Source: Bacilli bacterium (GTDB lineage Bacteria > Bacillota_I > Bacilli_A > RFN20 > DUOF01). From it: a DNA stretch of 64,000 nt. A model generated the notes under the pieces. The model did not search any database. It was not told the origin of the DNA and saw only the letters and a program-made list of their open reading frames with translations. The stretch covers positions 44,145-108,144 of the forward strand of contig JBGVRX010000002.1 in the NCBI GenBank assembly GCA_045128835.1, read 5' to 3'. Both the position numbers and the translations under genes were made by a program. The first letter of the stretch is position 1; every line of letters begins with the position of its first letter. Of the stretch, positions 30,614 to 40,297 are shown piece by piece.

Positions 30614-32549
30614 AACCTACATTGTTCTCTATTAAATGATTAATAATGTTTAATATATCTTTTTGTTTACTACTCTTAGATAAATTTACTATTACTAAAT
30701 TTCCTCCTGTTAGTAGTGATTGATATTTTCCAATGTAGTAGAAGTCTTCTTCTTTGTTTGATTTGAATTCGAATAAACTATCGATTCTTGAATAATGTTC
30801 TTTATCGGTGATTTTCTTTCTGATTCCATATATTGATTTATCTAATTCCATTAATTTCTTTAATGGACGACGTTTGCTTGTTTCGCTGACAACGAAATTC
30901 ATTTTGGTTTCTTTTGTATATTTTATGCACTGTTCTTTTACGTAATTTATAATACTTACTAATAATTCTTTTTGTTTTATTTCATCTTTTTCTAAATTTA
31001 AGACACATTCGCTTAGACCTGCAAGTTCTAAGTTTAAAACACCTTTTTTGATAATCTTTCTGATCTTTTGACTGCTTTCTAACTTTTCGTCATCAATGAT
31101 ATTTCCGTTAAATAATATTTGGTAATTATCTTTACTCTTATCACCAATGATTTCAAAGATATTAACTAAGCAGTTTTTAGCCATTTCTAACCAACCATCA
31201 AGAGCTAGGTAGAAATCTTTGATATCTTTATTTTCGTACTTAAACCCTAGTCTACCCATATTTACTGAAACAGAAGCTACAATCATTCTTCCAGTAGATT
31301 CGTTTTCTTCATAAACATAATTTTCATAAACTCGGTGTCCATTACTGAAGTATTCGGTATTTTCTAAATTGTAACTAGTATTTATATTAGCTAAAGCAAT
31401 GTTTTTTTCTTCAATAATTAAACCGCTTACTTTATTTAATAAATCTTTATTGGTATCTTTACTTATTTTATAGATGGTAGTTATATTTTCTAGTCTATCC
31501 ATCTTTTCTAAGATAGATAAGTAAGTTTCATTTATTAATGTTCCATCTAATGAAGTATTTCCTCCTAAACTAATTGAATACTTTTTGTTTTCTAAGTAAT
31601 TGTTGTTTAGATTGTTTAGCAGTACTTCAAGTGAATTAACTAGTAGACTTTTTATGTATTTCATACTGTCACTATAAGCTAAATCGAATATTTCTTCTGT
31701 TTTTTTGTTAAGAATAAAGTTATCAAATAAAGTTTTCTCAAAATAAATACTGTTTTGTTTATCGATGATTTCTTCGATTCTTTTGATATTTATATATTCT
31801 AAATATCCAGTTAAATCTAAGTATTTATTTAAATTGCTTTTTAATTCTTCTTTAAATTGTTCGCTAACATAAGGTAGTAACAAATGATCTAATGCGTCTA
31901 TGCATATTTCACCATCAATTTCTAGTTTTACATTTAAGGCATTAAATATTAAGTCATTTGGGAAACTCTTGTTAATGTCTTTTGTAAAAATTGGGTGAGT
32001 TGATGATAACTTACCTAGATTGAAGTAATCTAAGTTATGTATGTATAAATTTCCTTCTTCGTGAGATCTAACATACTTGTTATCTAAAACAAAAGCTTTT
32101 GTATATTCACATGATATGGTTTTTCCAAAATCCAAAAGGATTTCATTTGGGGTACTATCTTTTTTGAATTCACCAATACGTTCAATTGCTTTTGCAAATT
32201 TGTGTTGTTGTCTTAAACCAAATACTTTTCTAGAAGTTGCTCTTCTAATTCTGTAATCACTAAATGCCTCATAAACATCGGTGAAATTGTTTTCTTTTAA
32301 TTTTGTTTCTATAATATCTTGTATATCTTCAACATTGATAGTCTTTCTATCTATGTAAGTGTTGTTGATGAAATTTAGAACGTCTGCGTAAACTTTATTA
32401 ATTCCAGGTTCAGAATTAATAGGTCTAACTTGGTCGAAGGCTTTTTTGATTGCTACAGCAATTTTGGTGCTGTTGAACTCAACTCTTTGACCGCTTCTTT
32501 TGACGACAACTAAATCTTTTAAGATATTTTTTATGTTCTCCCCAGCCAT
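30573..32549 (-). CDS. NrdD-like paralog: ATP-cone plus truncated/degenerate class III RNR core lacking the catalytic Cys and the glycyl-radical domain
   Basis: N-terminal ATP-cone (VVKRSGQRVEFNSTKI). LYIHNLDYFNLGKL aligns to the NrdD IHLHDL..GYCAGW region but the catalytic Cys is replaced. No RxxGY and no Zn ribbon. Overlaps nrdG by 41 nt. Confidence 0.6.
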   Translation of the reverse strand: MAGENIKNILKDLVVVKRSGQRVEFNSTKIAVAIKKAFDQVRPINSEPGINKVYADVLNFINNTYIDRKTINVEDIQDIIETKLKENNFTDVYEAFSDYRIRRATSRKVFGLRQQHKFAKAIERIGEFKKDSTPNEILLDFGKTISCEYTKAFVLDNKYVRSHEEGNLYIHNLDYFNLGKLSSTHPIFTKDINKSFPNDLIFNALNVKLEIDGEICIDALDHLLLPYVSEQFKEELKSNLNKYLDLTGYLEYINIKRIEEIIDKQNSIYFEKTLFDNFILNKKTEEIFDLAYSDSMKYIKSLLVNSLEVLLNNLNNNYLENKKYSISLGGNTSLDGTLINETYLSILEKMDRLENITTIYKISKDTNKDLLNKVSGLIIEEKNIALANINTSYNLENTEYFSNGHRVYENYVYEENESTGRMIVASVSVNMGRLGFKYENKDIKDFYLALDGWLEMAKNCLVNIFEIIGDKSKDNYQILFNGNIIDDEKLESSQKIRKIIKKGVLNLELAGLSECVLNLEKDEIKQKELLVSIINYVKEQCIKYTKETKMNFVVSETSKRRPLKKLMELDKSIYGIRKKITDKEHYSRIDSLFEFKSNKEEDFYYIGKYQSLLTGGNLVIVNLSKSSKQKDILNIINHLIENNVGFVKFGGNKYNYGN

Positions 32550-32578
32550 ATAAATTCTCCTAACTTTTGTCTATTCCA

Positions 32579-32607
32579 ATCATAGCAAACACTATATATG
32601 TGGTCAA
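32579..32607 (-). promoter_or_regulatory. Promoter of the nrd operon (minus strand: -35 TTGACC, 17 nt, -10 TATGAT). An NrdR-box-like palindrome (CCACATATATAGTGTT) lies in the spacer.
   Basis: On the minus strand the sequence reads ttgacc-acatatatagtgtttgc-tatgat. The spacer matches the NrdR box consensus acaCwAtATaTwGtgt. Confidence 0.5.
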
Positions 32608-32861
32608 TGTTTTTTTTTACCTTTTTTTAAAAAAATAAAAATCAATATTTTTGACTAAAAAATTTTTTGGCAAAAAAAACATGATGGTTTTCATTGGCGC
32701 TCTAAGCGAAAAAAAGTTTCTGAATTAACGAAATTTGGAAATATTTTTAAAAAAATTTTTTCTCTTATTATAGGAATTTTATTTTAATGAGACATAAAAG
32801 CAGAAAAAAAACAAAGATTTTGACTATATTTGATATAATAAATTTGTAAAGGAGGGCGCAC

Positions 32862-33974
32862 ATGAACATTAAAATCGCAGATGAAATACTTGAAGTATTA
32901 AATTTGATTAGCAAAGACGGGTATGAAGCATATGTTGTAGGTGGTTATATTAGGGATGCACTTCTAGGAAAAGTAAATTTTGATGCCGATATAACTACAA
33001 GTGCTACTCCAAATAAATTGAAGGAAATATTTAGTAATTATGAATTAGAAGAATCTTTTATGGAACTTGGAAGTATTAAGTTCCAATTTAATGATTATCA
33101 TATAGAAATAACTACTTATAGAAAAGAATATGAATATATAAATCATAGGAAACCCTCTAAAGTAGAGTTTACTACTTCTTTAAAGGAAGATTTAATAAGA
33201 AGAGATTTCACTATCAATGCTTTATGCAGTGATGGGAAAAATGTTGTTGATATGTTTGATGGAATAAATGATTTAGAAGACAAAAGAATAAAAACTATAG
33301 GAAATCCTTTTGTTAGATTTGAAGAAGATGCTTTAAGAATTTTAAGAGCTTTAAGATTTGCTTCTAAGTTAGAATTTAGTTTAGAGGATGTTAAAGAGGC
33401 AATTTATGCTAATTATAAATATTTAAAAGATATTGCTTTTGAAACAAAACTTAGAGAGTTAAGAGGACTTTTAAACGAGAAAAACTATATAAATATTTTA
33501 AAAGAGTATAAAGATGTATTAATAGATATTTTTGAACTTGATAATTTAAGAGTTCATTTATTTAGTGATAGTTTAAGTTTTGAAGATAGAGAAAGGTTGT
33601 TTTTTTATGATAGCCAATATAATAATTTAGCAAATAAAGATATTAAATTTATAAATGATAAAAAAGATTTGAAAAGAAAATTAAGGGAATACGGTAAAGA
33701 AAATATTGAAACTTTGCTGTTATTTAAAAGTAGAGTCTTAAAAGAAGATATTATTATATATAATTTATTAAATAATATATTAAATAATGAAGAATGTTAT
33801 AATTTGAAAATGTTGGCGGTAAATGGAGAAAATCTGTTGCAGTTTAATATTGAAAAGAATAAAATAGGTAAGCATTTGAATATGTTATTAGATGCGGTAA
33901 TTGAAGAAAAGTGTTCTAATGAGGAAAGTGAATTATTAGAATATTTAAGAAATATATTGAATGAAGAGGGATAG
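32862..33974 (+). CDS. cca: CCA-adding tRNA nucleotidyltransferase / poly(A) polymerase family, head domain only (370 aa)
   Basis: Pol-beta-like NT motif GGYIRDALLG...DADI and a downstream RRDFTINA motif. Confidence 0.8.
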   Translation: MNIKIADEILEVLNLISKDGYEAYVVGGYIRDALLGKVNFDADITTSATPNKLKEIFSNYELEESFMELGSIKFQFNDYHIEITTYRKEYEYINHRKPSKVEFTTSLKEDLIRRDFTINALCSDGKNVVDMFDGINDLEDKRIKTIGNPFVRFEEDALRILRALRFASKLEFSLEDVKEAIYANYKYLKDIAFETKLRELRGLLNEKNYINILKEYKDVLIDIFELDNLRVHLFSDSLSFEDRERLFFYDSQYNNLANKDIKFINDKKDLKRKLREYGKENIETLLLFKSRVLKEDIIIYNLLNNILNNEECYNLKMLAVNGENLLQFNIEKNKIGKHLNMLLDAVIEEKCSNEESELLEYLRNILNEEG

Positions 33975-33975
33975 A

Positions 33976-35133
33976 ATGAATTTTTTATATAAAACTTTTA
34001 TTAAAAATTATCAAGACGTAAAGAATCCTCAAGTTGCTAAAAAATATGGTTTGTTAGCAAGTATTGTTGGTATTGTTTTGAATTCTTTTTTGTTTGCTGC
34101 TAAATTAGTTGTAGCAATATTAAGTGGAAGTGTTTCTATCATAAGTGATGCTTTTAATAACTTAAGTGATGCCTCTAGTTCTGTTGTTACACTTATTGGT
34201 TTTAAGATTTCTTCCAAACCTGCTGATGAGGATCATCCTTTTGGTCATCAAAGAATGGAGCATATTTGTGCTTTTATTGTTTCGGCGATTATTTTATATA
34301 TTGGAATAGAATTAGGAATATCTAGTATTCAAAAAATCATTAATCCTAGTATAGTTGAATTTAGTTATATAACTTTTGGTATTTTAATAGTTACTATTTT
34401 TGTTAAATTATGGATGAGTTTTTTCTATAAGAAGACAAGTAAGAAAATAGATTCGTTGTCTTTAAAAGCAAGTAGTAAAGATTCACTTAATGATGTAATT
34501 GCAACTTCAGTTATTGTTGTGGGCTTATTCATTGGGAAATTATTTAATATTAATATAGATGGATATTTAGGAATTGTAGTTTGTGCTTATATTTTAATAA
34601 GTGGTGTATTCATTATTAAAGAAACTATTAATCAGTTAATTGGTGGAACTCCAGATAAAGAAATAATAAATAAAGTAGTTGAGGAGATATCTAAAGAAGA
34701 ACAAGTTATTGGTGTTCATGATGTTTTATATCATAGTTATGGTTTAGGGGAAGTATATATAAGTTTACATGCTGAAATGGATAGTTCGTTAACTCTAATT
34801 GCCGCGCATGATATCGTAGATAATTTAGAAAAAATGATTAAGAAAACGTATAATGTAGAGTTAGTTATACACGTAGATCCTATTTTATTGAATGATGAGC
34901 TTTTAAGTGAAGTTAGTTATAAGTTAAAAAATATTATTAAAAAGATTAGCGATAAGTTAAGCTATCACGAATTAAAGATAATAAATAAAAAGAAGAGAAC
35001 TACTATTTGTTTTGATTTACTAGTCCCTTATAATTTTGAAATGAATAATAAGGAAATATATGATTTAGTTAATAAAGAGTTAAGATTAATAAATGATGAT
35101 TATAGAGCAAGTATAAATTTTGATAAGTATTAA
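33976..35133 (+). CDS. cation diffusion facilitator (CDF) family metal efflux transporter
   Basis: 6 TM plus a C-terminal cytoplasmic domain. Conserved SDAxxxxxD in TM2 and HxxxD (HDIVD). RBS gaagaggg precedes the ATG at 33976. Confidence 0.8.
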   Translation: MNFLYKTFIKNYQDVKNPQVAKKYGLLASIVGIVLNSFLFAAKLVVAILSGSVSIISDAFNNLSDASSSVVTLIGFKISSKPADEDHPFGHQRMEHICAFIVSAIILYIGIELGISSIQKIINPSIVEFSYITFGILIVTIFVKLWMSFFYKKTSKKIDSLSLKASSKDSLNDVIATSVIVVGLFIGKLFNINIDGYLGIVVCAYILISGVFIIKETINQLIGGTPDKEIINKVVEEISKEEQVIGVHDVLYHSYGLGEVYISLHAEMDSSLTLIAAHDIVDNLEKMIKKTYNVELVIHVDPILLNDELLSEVSYKLKNIIKKISDKLSYHELKIINKKKRTTICFDLLVPYNFEMNNKEIYDLVNKELRLINDDYRASINFDKY

Positions 35134-35136
35134 AAA

Positions 35137-35163
35137 AGTTACCGAGAGGTAACTATTTTTTTT
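35137..35163. terminator. Bidirectional terminator (agttacc-gaga-ggtaact + T8)
   Basis: Perfect 7-bp stem flanked by A- and T-runs. Confidence 0.6.
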
Positions 35164-35662
35164 CTTCTTCATTTTCTTTTTCTATTTGAGCACCTGTAAT
35201 ATCTGCGATTTTATAAACGGATGTATTACTTAATGTTACTGGATATTGCCCGGTTGAGGTAAATAAAGTCCATTTATTATCTTTTTTTACAAGTTTATGA
35301 ATGTCTTTGATTTCCGTTACTAGGTTATTAACGTAAATGCTTTTTTCCGCTCTTAGGATAACTGATTGACCTATTGTTCTTGTAAAGATTATAAGAGCAA
35401 TTGTAGGAAGTATTTCTGTAAATATTAAATGATTTGTGGTCATTTCATCTCCGATAGAAATCCAAATGATTATTTTTATTACAATAATTAAGAAAGCACT
35501 TACATAAGAGAACCAATATAATAATGGGTCCGTTACTTCTTTTCTCATTCCAAATTTTTTGGCTTGAGTTCTAATTGTTTTTATTCTAAGGAATGTTATT
35601 AAAACAAAGGCAATCATGGCTAATGAAGAGATAATAATTAGCAAAATATTCAATAACTTCAT
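35153..35662 (-). CDS. membrane protein, 2 TM plus a C-terminal soluble domain (bacterial PH-like?)
   Basis: 169 aa with two N-terminal hydrophobic helices. Confidence 0.4.
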   Translation of the reverse strand: MKLLNILLIIISSLAMIAFVLITFLRIKTIRTQAKKFGMRKEVTDPLLYWFSYVSAFLIIVIKIIIWISIGDEMTTNHLIFTEILPTIALIIFTRTIGQSVILRAEKSIYVNNLVTEIKDIHKLVKKDNKWTLFTSTGQYPVTLSNTSVYKIADITGAQIEKENEEEKK

Positions 35663-35739
35663 AGCCTTTCTCCTCCTTTTAAATTTCTCTTATTATAAAA
35701 TATTAAATTTTTTAAATCAATAACTTCACAAGTTTGATT

Positions 35740-36624
35740 TTAGTTAGCTGTTTCTAGCAGTTCTTTTATTTTTAAAACGTCTTCTTTCATTGTTGAAGCT
35801 CCAGCAGTAATTCCTATTTTTTGATGTTTTTTTTCGATAAATATTTTTATTAAATCTAAGACTTCTTCTGGATTTTCGATAAAATAAGTTTCTATGATAG
35901 TGCTTATATTATTGTATAGTTCTTTAGAATTACTTGAGTGTTTACCTCCAATGACAATCATAACATCCATGTCTTTTGCTAATTTTTCAGCAGCTTTATT
36001 GATGTTTTTTTGAGCATTACAAATAGTATTTCTATATTCAAAATGCTTGTTGTTCTTTTTCATCAAATCTTCAATTAAATTAATATATTTTTCTGATTTA
36101 TCTCTAGAAAATGTTGTTTGGACAACTAGATAATATTTTTCATAAGATAAATCAATACTATTTATCTCTGATTCATCTTCAATTAGGATAGGACTATCTT
36201 TGCACCAACCAATTGTAGCGAATACTTCTGGATGCATTGCTTTATTATTAAACCCGTATTTACCAATTAGGATTATTTTATATCCAAGTTCTGATTTTTC
36301 TTTTACTAGAAGATTAATGGTTTTTACATTAGGACAAGTGCAATCAAGATAACTGATGTTATTCTCTTCTAAATATTTAAAAGTAGAAAGTGGTTCGCCA
36401 TGACCTCTAATGATTACGTAGTCATTTTTTTCTAATTCACTTAATGTTTCCTTTTGCTTAGCGCCACTCTTTTCTAATTCATTTAAAACGTTTTTGTTAT
36501 GAAGTATTTCTTTGTATAAGACAACATTTTTATTTGTTTTTAGTACTTCTTTAGTTTTATTAACAGCAGTAGTTGAGCCATAGCATAACCCACATATAGG
36601 TGATACATATACATCAAACTTCAT
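35740..36624 (-). CDS. ispH: 4-hydroxy-3-methylbut-2-enyl diphosphate reductase
   Basis: Three conserved Cys (C12, C96-region DCTCPNV, C...NTIC) and the GGKHSSNS and TAGASTM motifs of IspH/LytB. Confidence 0.85.
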   Translation of the reverse strand: MKFDVYVSPICGLCYGSTTAVNKTKEVLKTNKNVVLYKEILHNKNVLNELEKSGAKQKETLSELEKNDYVIIRGHGEPLSTFKYLEENNISYLDCTCPNVKTINLLVKEKSELGYKIILIGKYGFNNKAMHPEVFATIGWCKDSPILIEDESEINSIDLSYEKYYLVVQTTFSRDKSEKYINLIEDLMKKNNKHFEYRNTICNAQKNINKAAEKLAKDMDVMIVIGGKHSSNSKELYNNISTIIETYFIENPEEVLDLIKIFIEKKHQKIGITAGASTMKEDVLKIKELLETAN

Positions 36625-36626
36625 TT

Positions 36627-37229
36627 TTAATTACCTAAGAAAGATTTTTCTTCTTTTAATAGTTTTTGAATAGCTCTACCTCTATGAGAAACGCTATTTT
36701 TTTCTTCTGCGGTTGCTTCTCCAAAACATTTGTTTATATCAGTAGAGAAGAACAAGCAATCATAACCAAAAGAAGTATCTCCAGTTTCTTCTTTTAAAAT
36801 GTATCCTTCAGTTTTTCCTTCAACATGAATATAAGTGTCATTAGGGAAATATTCTACTAAAGAACATATAAAGTAAGCACTACGATCTTCTTTATCGCTT
36901 AATTCCTTCAATAGTTTGTTTCTATTTTCTTTGTTATTTCCATGTCCTCCAGCATATCTAGCGCTGTAAACTCCAGGCATTCCATTTAATGAATTTACGC
37001 ATAGTCCACTATCATCTGCAATAACAGAAGCATTTATATTTTTTTCTTTTAAATAAGCGCTGATTGTTTTTGCTTTTATTAAAGAGTTTTCTAAGAATGT
37101 TTCACCAGTTTCTTCAATTTCTTCAGTATAGTTAATGTCTTTTAAAGATAATACTTGGTCATTTGAAAATATTTCTTTAAATTCTTTTATTTTATGTTCG
37201 TTTGATGAGGCTAAAATTATTGTTCTCAT
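36627..37229 (-). CDS. rdgB: non-canonical purine NTP pyrophosphatase (RdgB/Ham1 ITPase)
   Basis: SSNEHKIKE, GMPGVYSARY, FGYDCLF and SHRGRA motifs. Confidence 0.85.
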   Translation of the reverse strand: MRTIILASSNEHKIKEFKEIFSNDQVLSLKDINYTEEIEETGETFLENSLIKAKTISAYLKEKNINASVIADDSGLCVNSLNGMPGVYSARYAGGHGNNKENRNKLLKELSDKEDRSAYFICSLVEYFPNDTYIHVEGKTEGYILKEETGDTSFGYDCLFFSTDINKCFGEATAEEKNSVSHRGRAIQKLLKEEKSFLGN

Positions 37230-37414
37230 TTATATCTCTCCTTTACTAAACTATCATAGCATAATACTACTTTATAAAAAATATTATTAAAGGAATAAAA
37301 ATAAAGCAAATCTCGACTTAAGAGAATAATTAATTTATTTTTGGTCAAATATTGTTATAAAAAAATATTAATTGTATACTTAGCATGTAGTTAAAGATGG
37401 GGGGATAAATAACT

Positions 37415-38605
37415 ATGGAAAGAAAAGTAGGTACTATATCGAGAGGAATTAGATGTCCTATTATTCGTGAAGGAGATAATCTAGTAGATATTACTGTAAA
37501 CAGTGTACTAGAAGCGTGTGAAAGTGAAAACTTCTCTTTAAGAAATAAAGATGTTGTTGCACTTACAGAGTCAATCGTTGCAAGAGCACAAGGAAATTAT
37601 GCAACTGTTGACGATATTGCAGCAGATGTAAAAACTAAATTAGGTGGCGATACAGTAGGAGTTATTTTTCCTATATTATCAAGAAATCGTTTTGCAATAT
37701 GCTTAAGAGGTATTGCTAAAGGATGTAAAAAGGTTGTTTTAATGCTAAGTTATCCAAGTGATGAAGTTGGAAATGCTTTATTAACTTATGATCAATTGGA
37801 TGAAAAAGGCGTTAACCCATATAGTGATGTATTATCACTTGAAACATATAGAGAATTATTTGGTGAAAACAAGCATGAATTCACTGGTGTAGATTATGTT
37901 TCTTATTATGCTGATATTGTTAAAGAAGCAGGAGCAGAAGTAGAAATCGTTTTTGCTAACCAAGCTAAGGCTATTTTAAATTACACAGATACAGTTTTAA
38001 CTTGTGATATTCATACAAGAGCAAGAACAAAGAGAATCTTAAAAGCTGCTGGTGCTAAAGTGGTATTAGGATTAGATGATATTTTAACTTCTTCAGTAAA
38101 TGGAAGTGGATATAATGAAAAATGGGGGCTACTAGGTTCTAATAAATCTACTGAAGATAAAATTAAATTATTCCCTCGTGATTGTTTTGAATTAGTAAGC
38201 GGTATACAAAATAAAGTTTATGATTTAACAGGAAAGCATATTGAAGTTATGGTATATGGTGATGGAGCATTTAAAGATCCTCAAGGTAAGATTTGGGAAT
38301 TAGCCGATCCTGTTGTTTCTCCAGCATTTACTGATGGATTAATTGGTACTCCAAATGAACTAAAACTTAAATATTTAGCAGATAATGATTTTAAAAATTT
38401 AAGTGGCGATAAACTAAAAGAAGCTATTAAAGACAGTATTAAAGCTAAAACAGGAAACTTAGTAGGTAATATGGCGTCTCAAGGTACAACTCCTAGACAA
38501 TTAACTGATTTAATTGGTTCATTATGTGATTTAACTAGTGGTTCTGGAGATAAGGGAACTCCAATAGTACTAGTTCAAGGATATTTCGATAATTATACAG
38601 ATTAA
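37415..38605 (+). CDS. CofE-like protein (F420-0:gamma-glutamyl ligase family, PF01996-like)
   Basis: N-terminal ISRGIRCPIIREGDNL resembles the CofE GxRxPxxxxGDDL motif. Glycine-rich nucleotide-binding segments are present. Confidence 0.55.
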   Translation: MERKVGTISRGIRCPIIREGDNLVDITVNSVLEACESENFSLRNKDVVALTESIVARAQGNYATVDDIAADVKTKLGGDTVGVIFPILSRNRFAICLRGIAKGCKKVVLMLSYPSDEVGNALLTYDQLDEKGVNPYSDVLSLETYRELFGENKHEFTGVDYVSYYADIVKEAGAEVEIVFANQAKAILNYTDTVLTCDIHTRARTKRILKAAGAKVVLGLDDILTSSVNGSGYNEKWGLLGSNKSTEDKIKLFPRDCFELVSGIQNKVYDLTGKHIEVMVYGDGAFKDPQGKIWELADPVVSPAFTDGLIGTPNELKLKYLADNDFKNLSGDKLKEAIKDSIKAKTGNLVGNMASQGTTPRQLTDLIGSLCDLTSGSGDKGTPIVLVQGYFDNYTD

Positions 38606-38612
38606 TAAATTG

Positions 38613-38640
38613 GCTACTCAAAAAGAGTAGCTTTTTATTT
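38613..38640 (+). terminator. rho-independent terminator
   Basis: gctactc-aaaaa-gagtagc hairpin followed by TTTTTATTTTTT. Confidence 0.7.
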
Positions 38641-38708
38641 TTTCTTGAATTTTAGTTTGTTATAATTTAACTACCTTTTTGGTAGTTTTTTGTTTGGGAG
38701 GTGAGTGT

Positions 38709-39422
38709 ATGGAAAATAATAAAACAAGATTTTTAAGTGGCAATGTTTTAAAGATAATTGGTTTAATAAGTATGGTTGTTGATCATGTCGGATATATGTT
38801 TTTTGAAAATTGTATGTGGCTTAGAATAATTGGAAGATTATCTTTTCCTATATTTGCCTTTATGATAGCAGAGGGATGTAAATATACTAGTAATAAGTTA
38901 AAGTATTTTTTGTCTGTATTTGTGGTTGCTTTAGTATGTCAAGTAGGAGTATTTGTATTTGATGGCTCTACTAAAATATATTCATTGATGTCTTTAGCCA
39001 TATCTATTCCTATTATTTATTTATTACAACTTTTTAAGAAGAGTTTATTTAATAAGGATAAAAGCAAATATGTTTATGGAAGCTTATTTATTTTATCTAT
39101 TGTTACTTTATATTTTTTGAATAAAATTATTGAAATTGATTATGGCTTTTTTGGAACTATATTAGCGGTGCTTACTAGTTTATTTAAAAGAGAAAAAGGT
39201 AAAGAAGATAATCTTTATTTAGATTTAATTTTAATGGGGATTGGGTTAATTCTTTTAGCTAAGTTTACTTTCGTGGAGCAATATTATGCTTTGTTATCAT
39301 TACCTATTTTAGGGTTATATTCTGGTAAAAGAGGCAAGTTAAATATGAAGTGGTTCTTCTATTTGTTCTATCCTCTTCATTTTGTTGTTTTAGAGTTAAT
39401 TTATTTAATAATTTATCATTAA
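38709..39422 (+). CDS. TraX-family membrane protein
   Basis: The LKIIGLISMVVDHVGY motif is characteristic of TraX. Multi-TM. RBS gggaggtgag precedes the ATG at 38709. Confidence 0.55.
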   Translation: MENNKTRFLSGNVLKIIGLISMVVDHVGYMFFENCMWLRIIGRLSFPIFAFMIAEGCKYTSNKLKYFLSVFVVALVCQVGVFVFDGSTKIYSLMSLAISIPIIYLLQLFKKSLFNKDKSKYVYGSLFILSIVTLYFLNKIIEIDYGFFGTILAVLTSLFKREKGKEDNLYLDLILMGIGLILLAKFTFVEQYYALLSLPILGLYSGKRGKLNMKWFFYLFYPLHFVVLELIYLIIYH

Positions 39423-39475
39423 GAAAAGCAATTTTATTTGTCAAATGTTAATATATTAGAGGTAGAGGTGTAGTT

Positions 39476-40222
39476 ATGGAAAAGAAAAATAAAAAGAAAC
39501 CAGCATTTTATAGACTAAGCGTTTCTATTGCAAAATTATTTTATAAGAAAAGAACTTTTGTGGGGGTAGAAGACTTACCAGAAGAACCTTCATTAATTAT
39601 AGGAAATCACGCTCAACTTCATGGGCCACTTGCTTGCGAGGCTTATTTTCCTACTGATAAAGCCATTTGGTGTATCGGCGAGATGATGAATTTAAAGGAA
39701 GTTCCATCTTATGCTTATAAAGACTTTTGGTCATATAAACCTAAATGGATTCGTTGGTTTTATAAAATATTATCTTATGTTATAGCGCCGATATGTTCTT
39801 ATTATTTAAAACATGCGGATACAATTGCTGTTTATAAAGATACAAGATTATTAAAAACATTTAGAGATACAATGGAAAGGTTAGATGATGGAGCAAATGT
39901 AGTAATATTCCCTGAATGTCATCAAGATTTTAATGATATAGTTTGTGAGTTTCAAGATAAGTTTGTAGATGTAGCAAAGCTTTATTATAATAAAACAGGT
40001 AAATGTTTATCTTTTGTTCCTATGTATAATGCTGCGACAATTAAAACAATTGTATTTGGGACTCCAATTAAGTATGATCCTTCAATTGATATAAAGGAAC
40101 AAAGACAAATAATGTGCGAATATTTAAAGAAAGAAATAACTAAACTTGCTAAGGAATTACCAGTTCATAAAGTAGTCCCATATAAAAATATAAAGAAAAA
40201 AAACTACGTTAATTCAAAATAA
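39476..40222 (+). CDS. putative lysophospholipid/glycerol-3-phosphate acyltransferase (PlsC-like)
   Basis: NHxxxxxG block (GNHAQLHGP) and the VIFPEC motif typical of acyltransferase box III. Confidence 0.45.
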   Translation: MEKKNKKKPAFYRLSVSIAKLFYKKRTFVGVEDLPEEPSLIIGNHAQLHGPLACEAYFPTDKAIWCIGEMMNLKEVPSYAYKDFWSYKPKWIRWFYKILSYVIAPICSYYLKHADTIAVYKDTRLLKTFRDTMERLDDGANVVIFPECHQDFNDIVCEFQDKFVDVAKLYYNKTGKCLSFVPMYNAATIKTIVFGTPIKYDPSIDIKEQRQIMCEYLKKEITKLAKELPVHKVVPYKNIKKKNYVNSK

Positions 40223-40297
40223 TATTTATTTGTTTAATGGCAATAATATAAATATATTGCTTTAATGATTTAATATAAATAGAAAGAATGATTAAAG

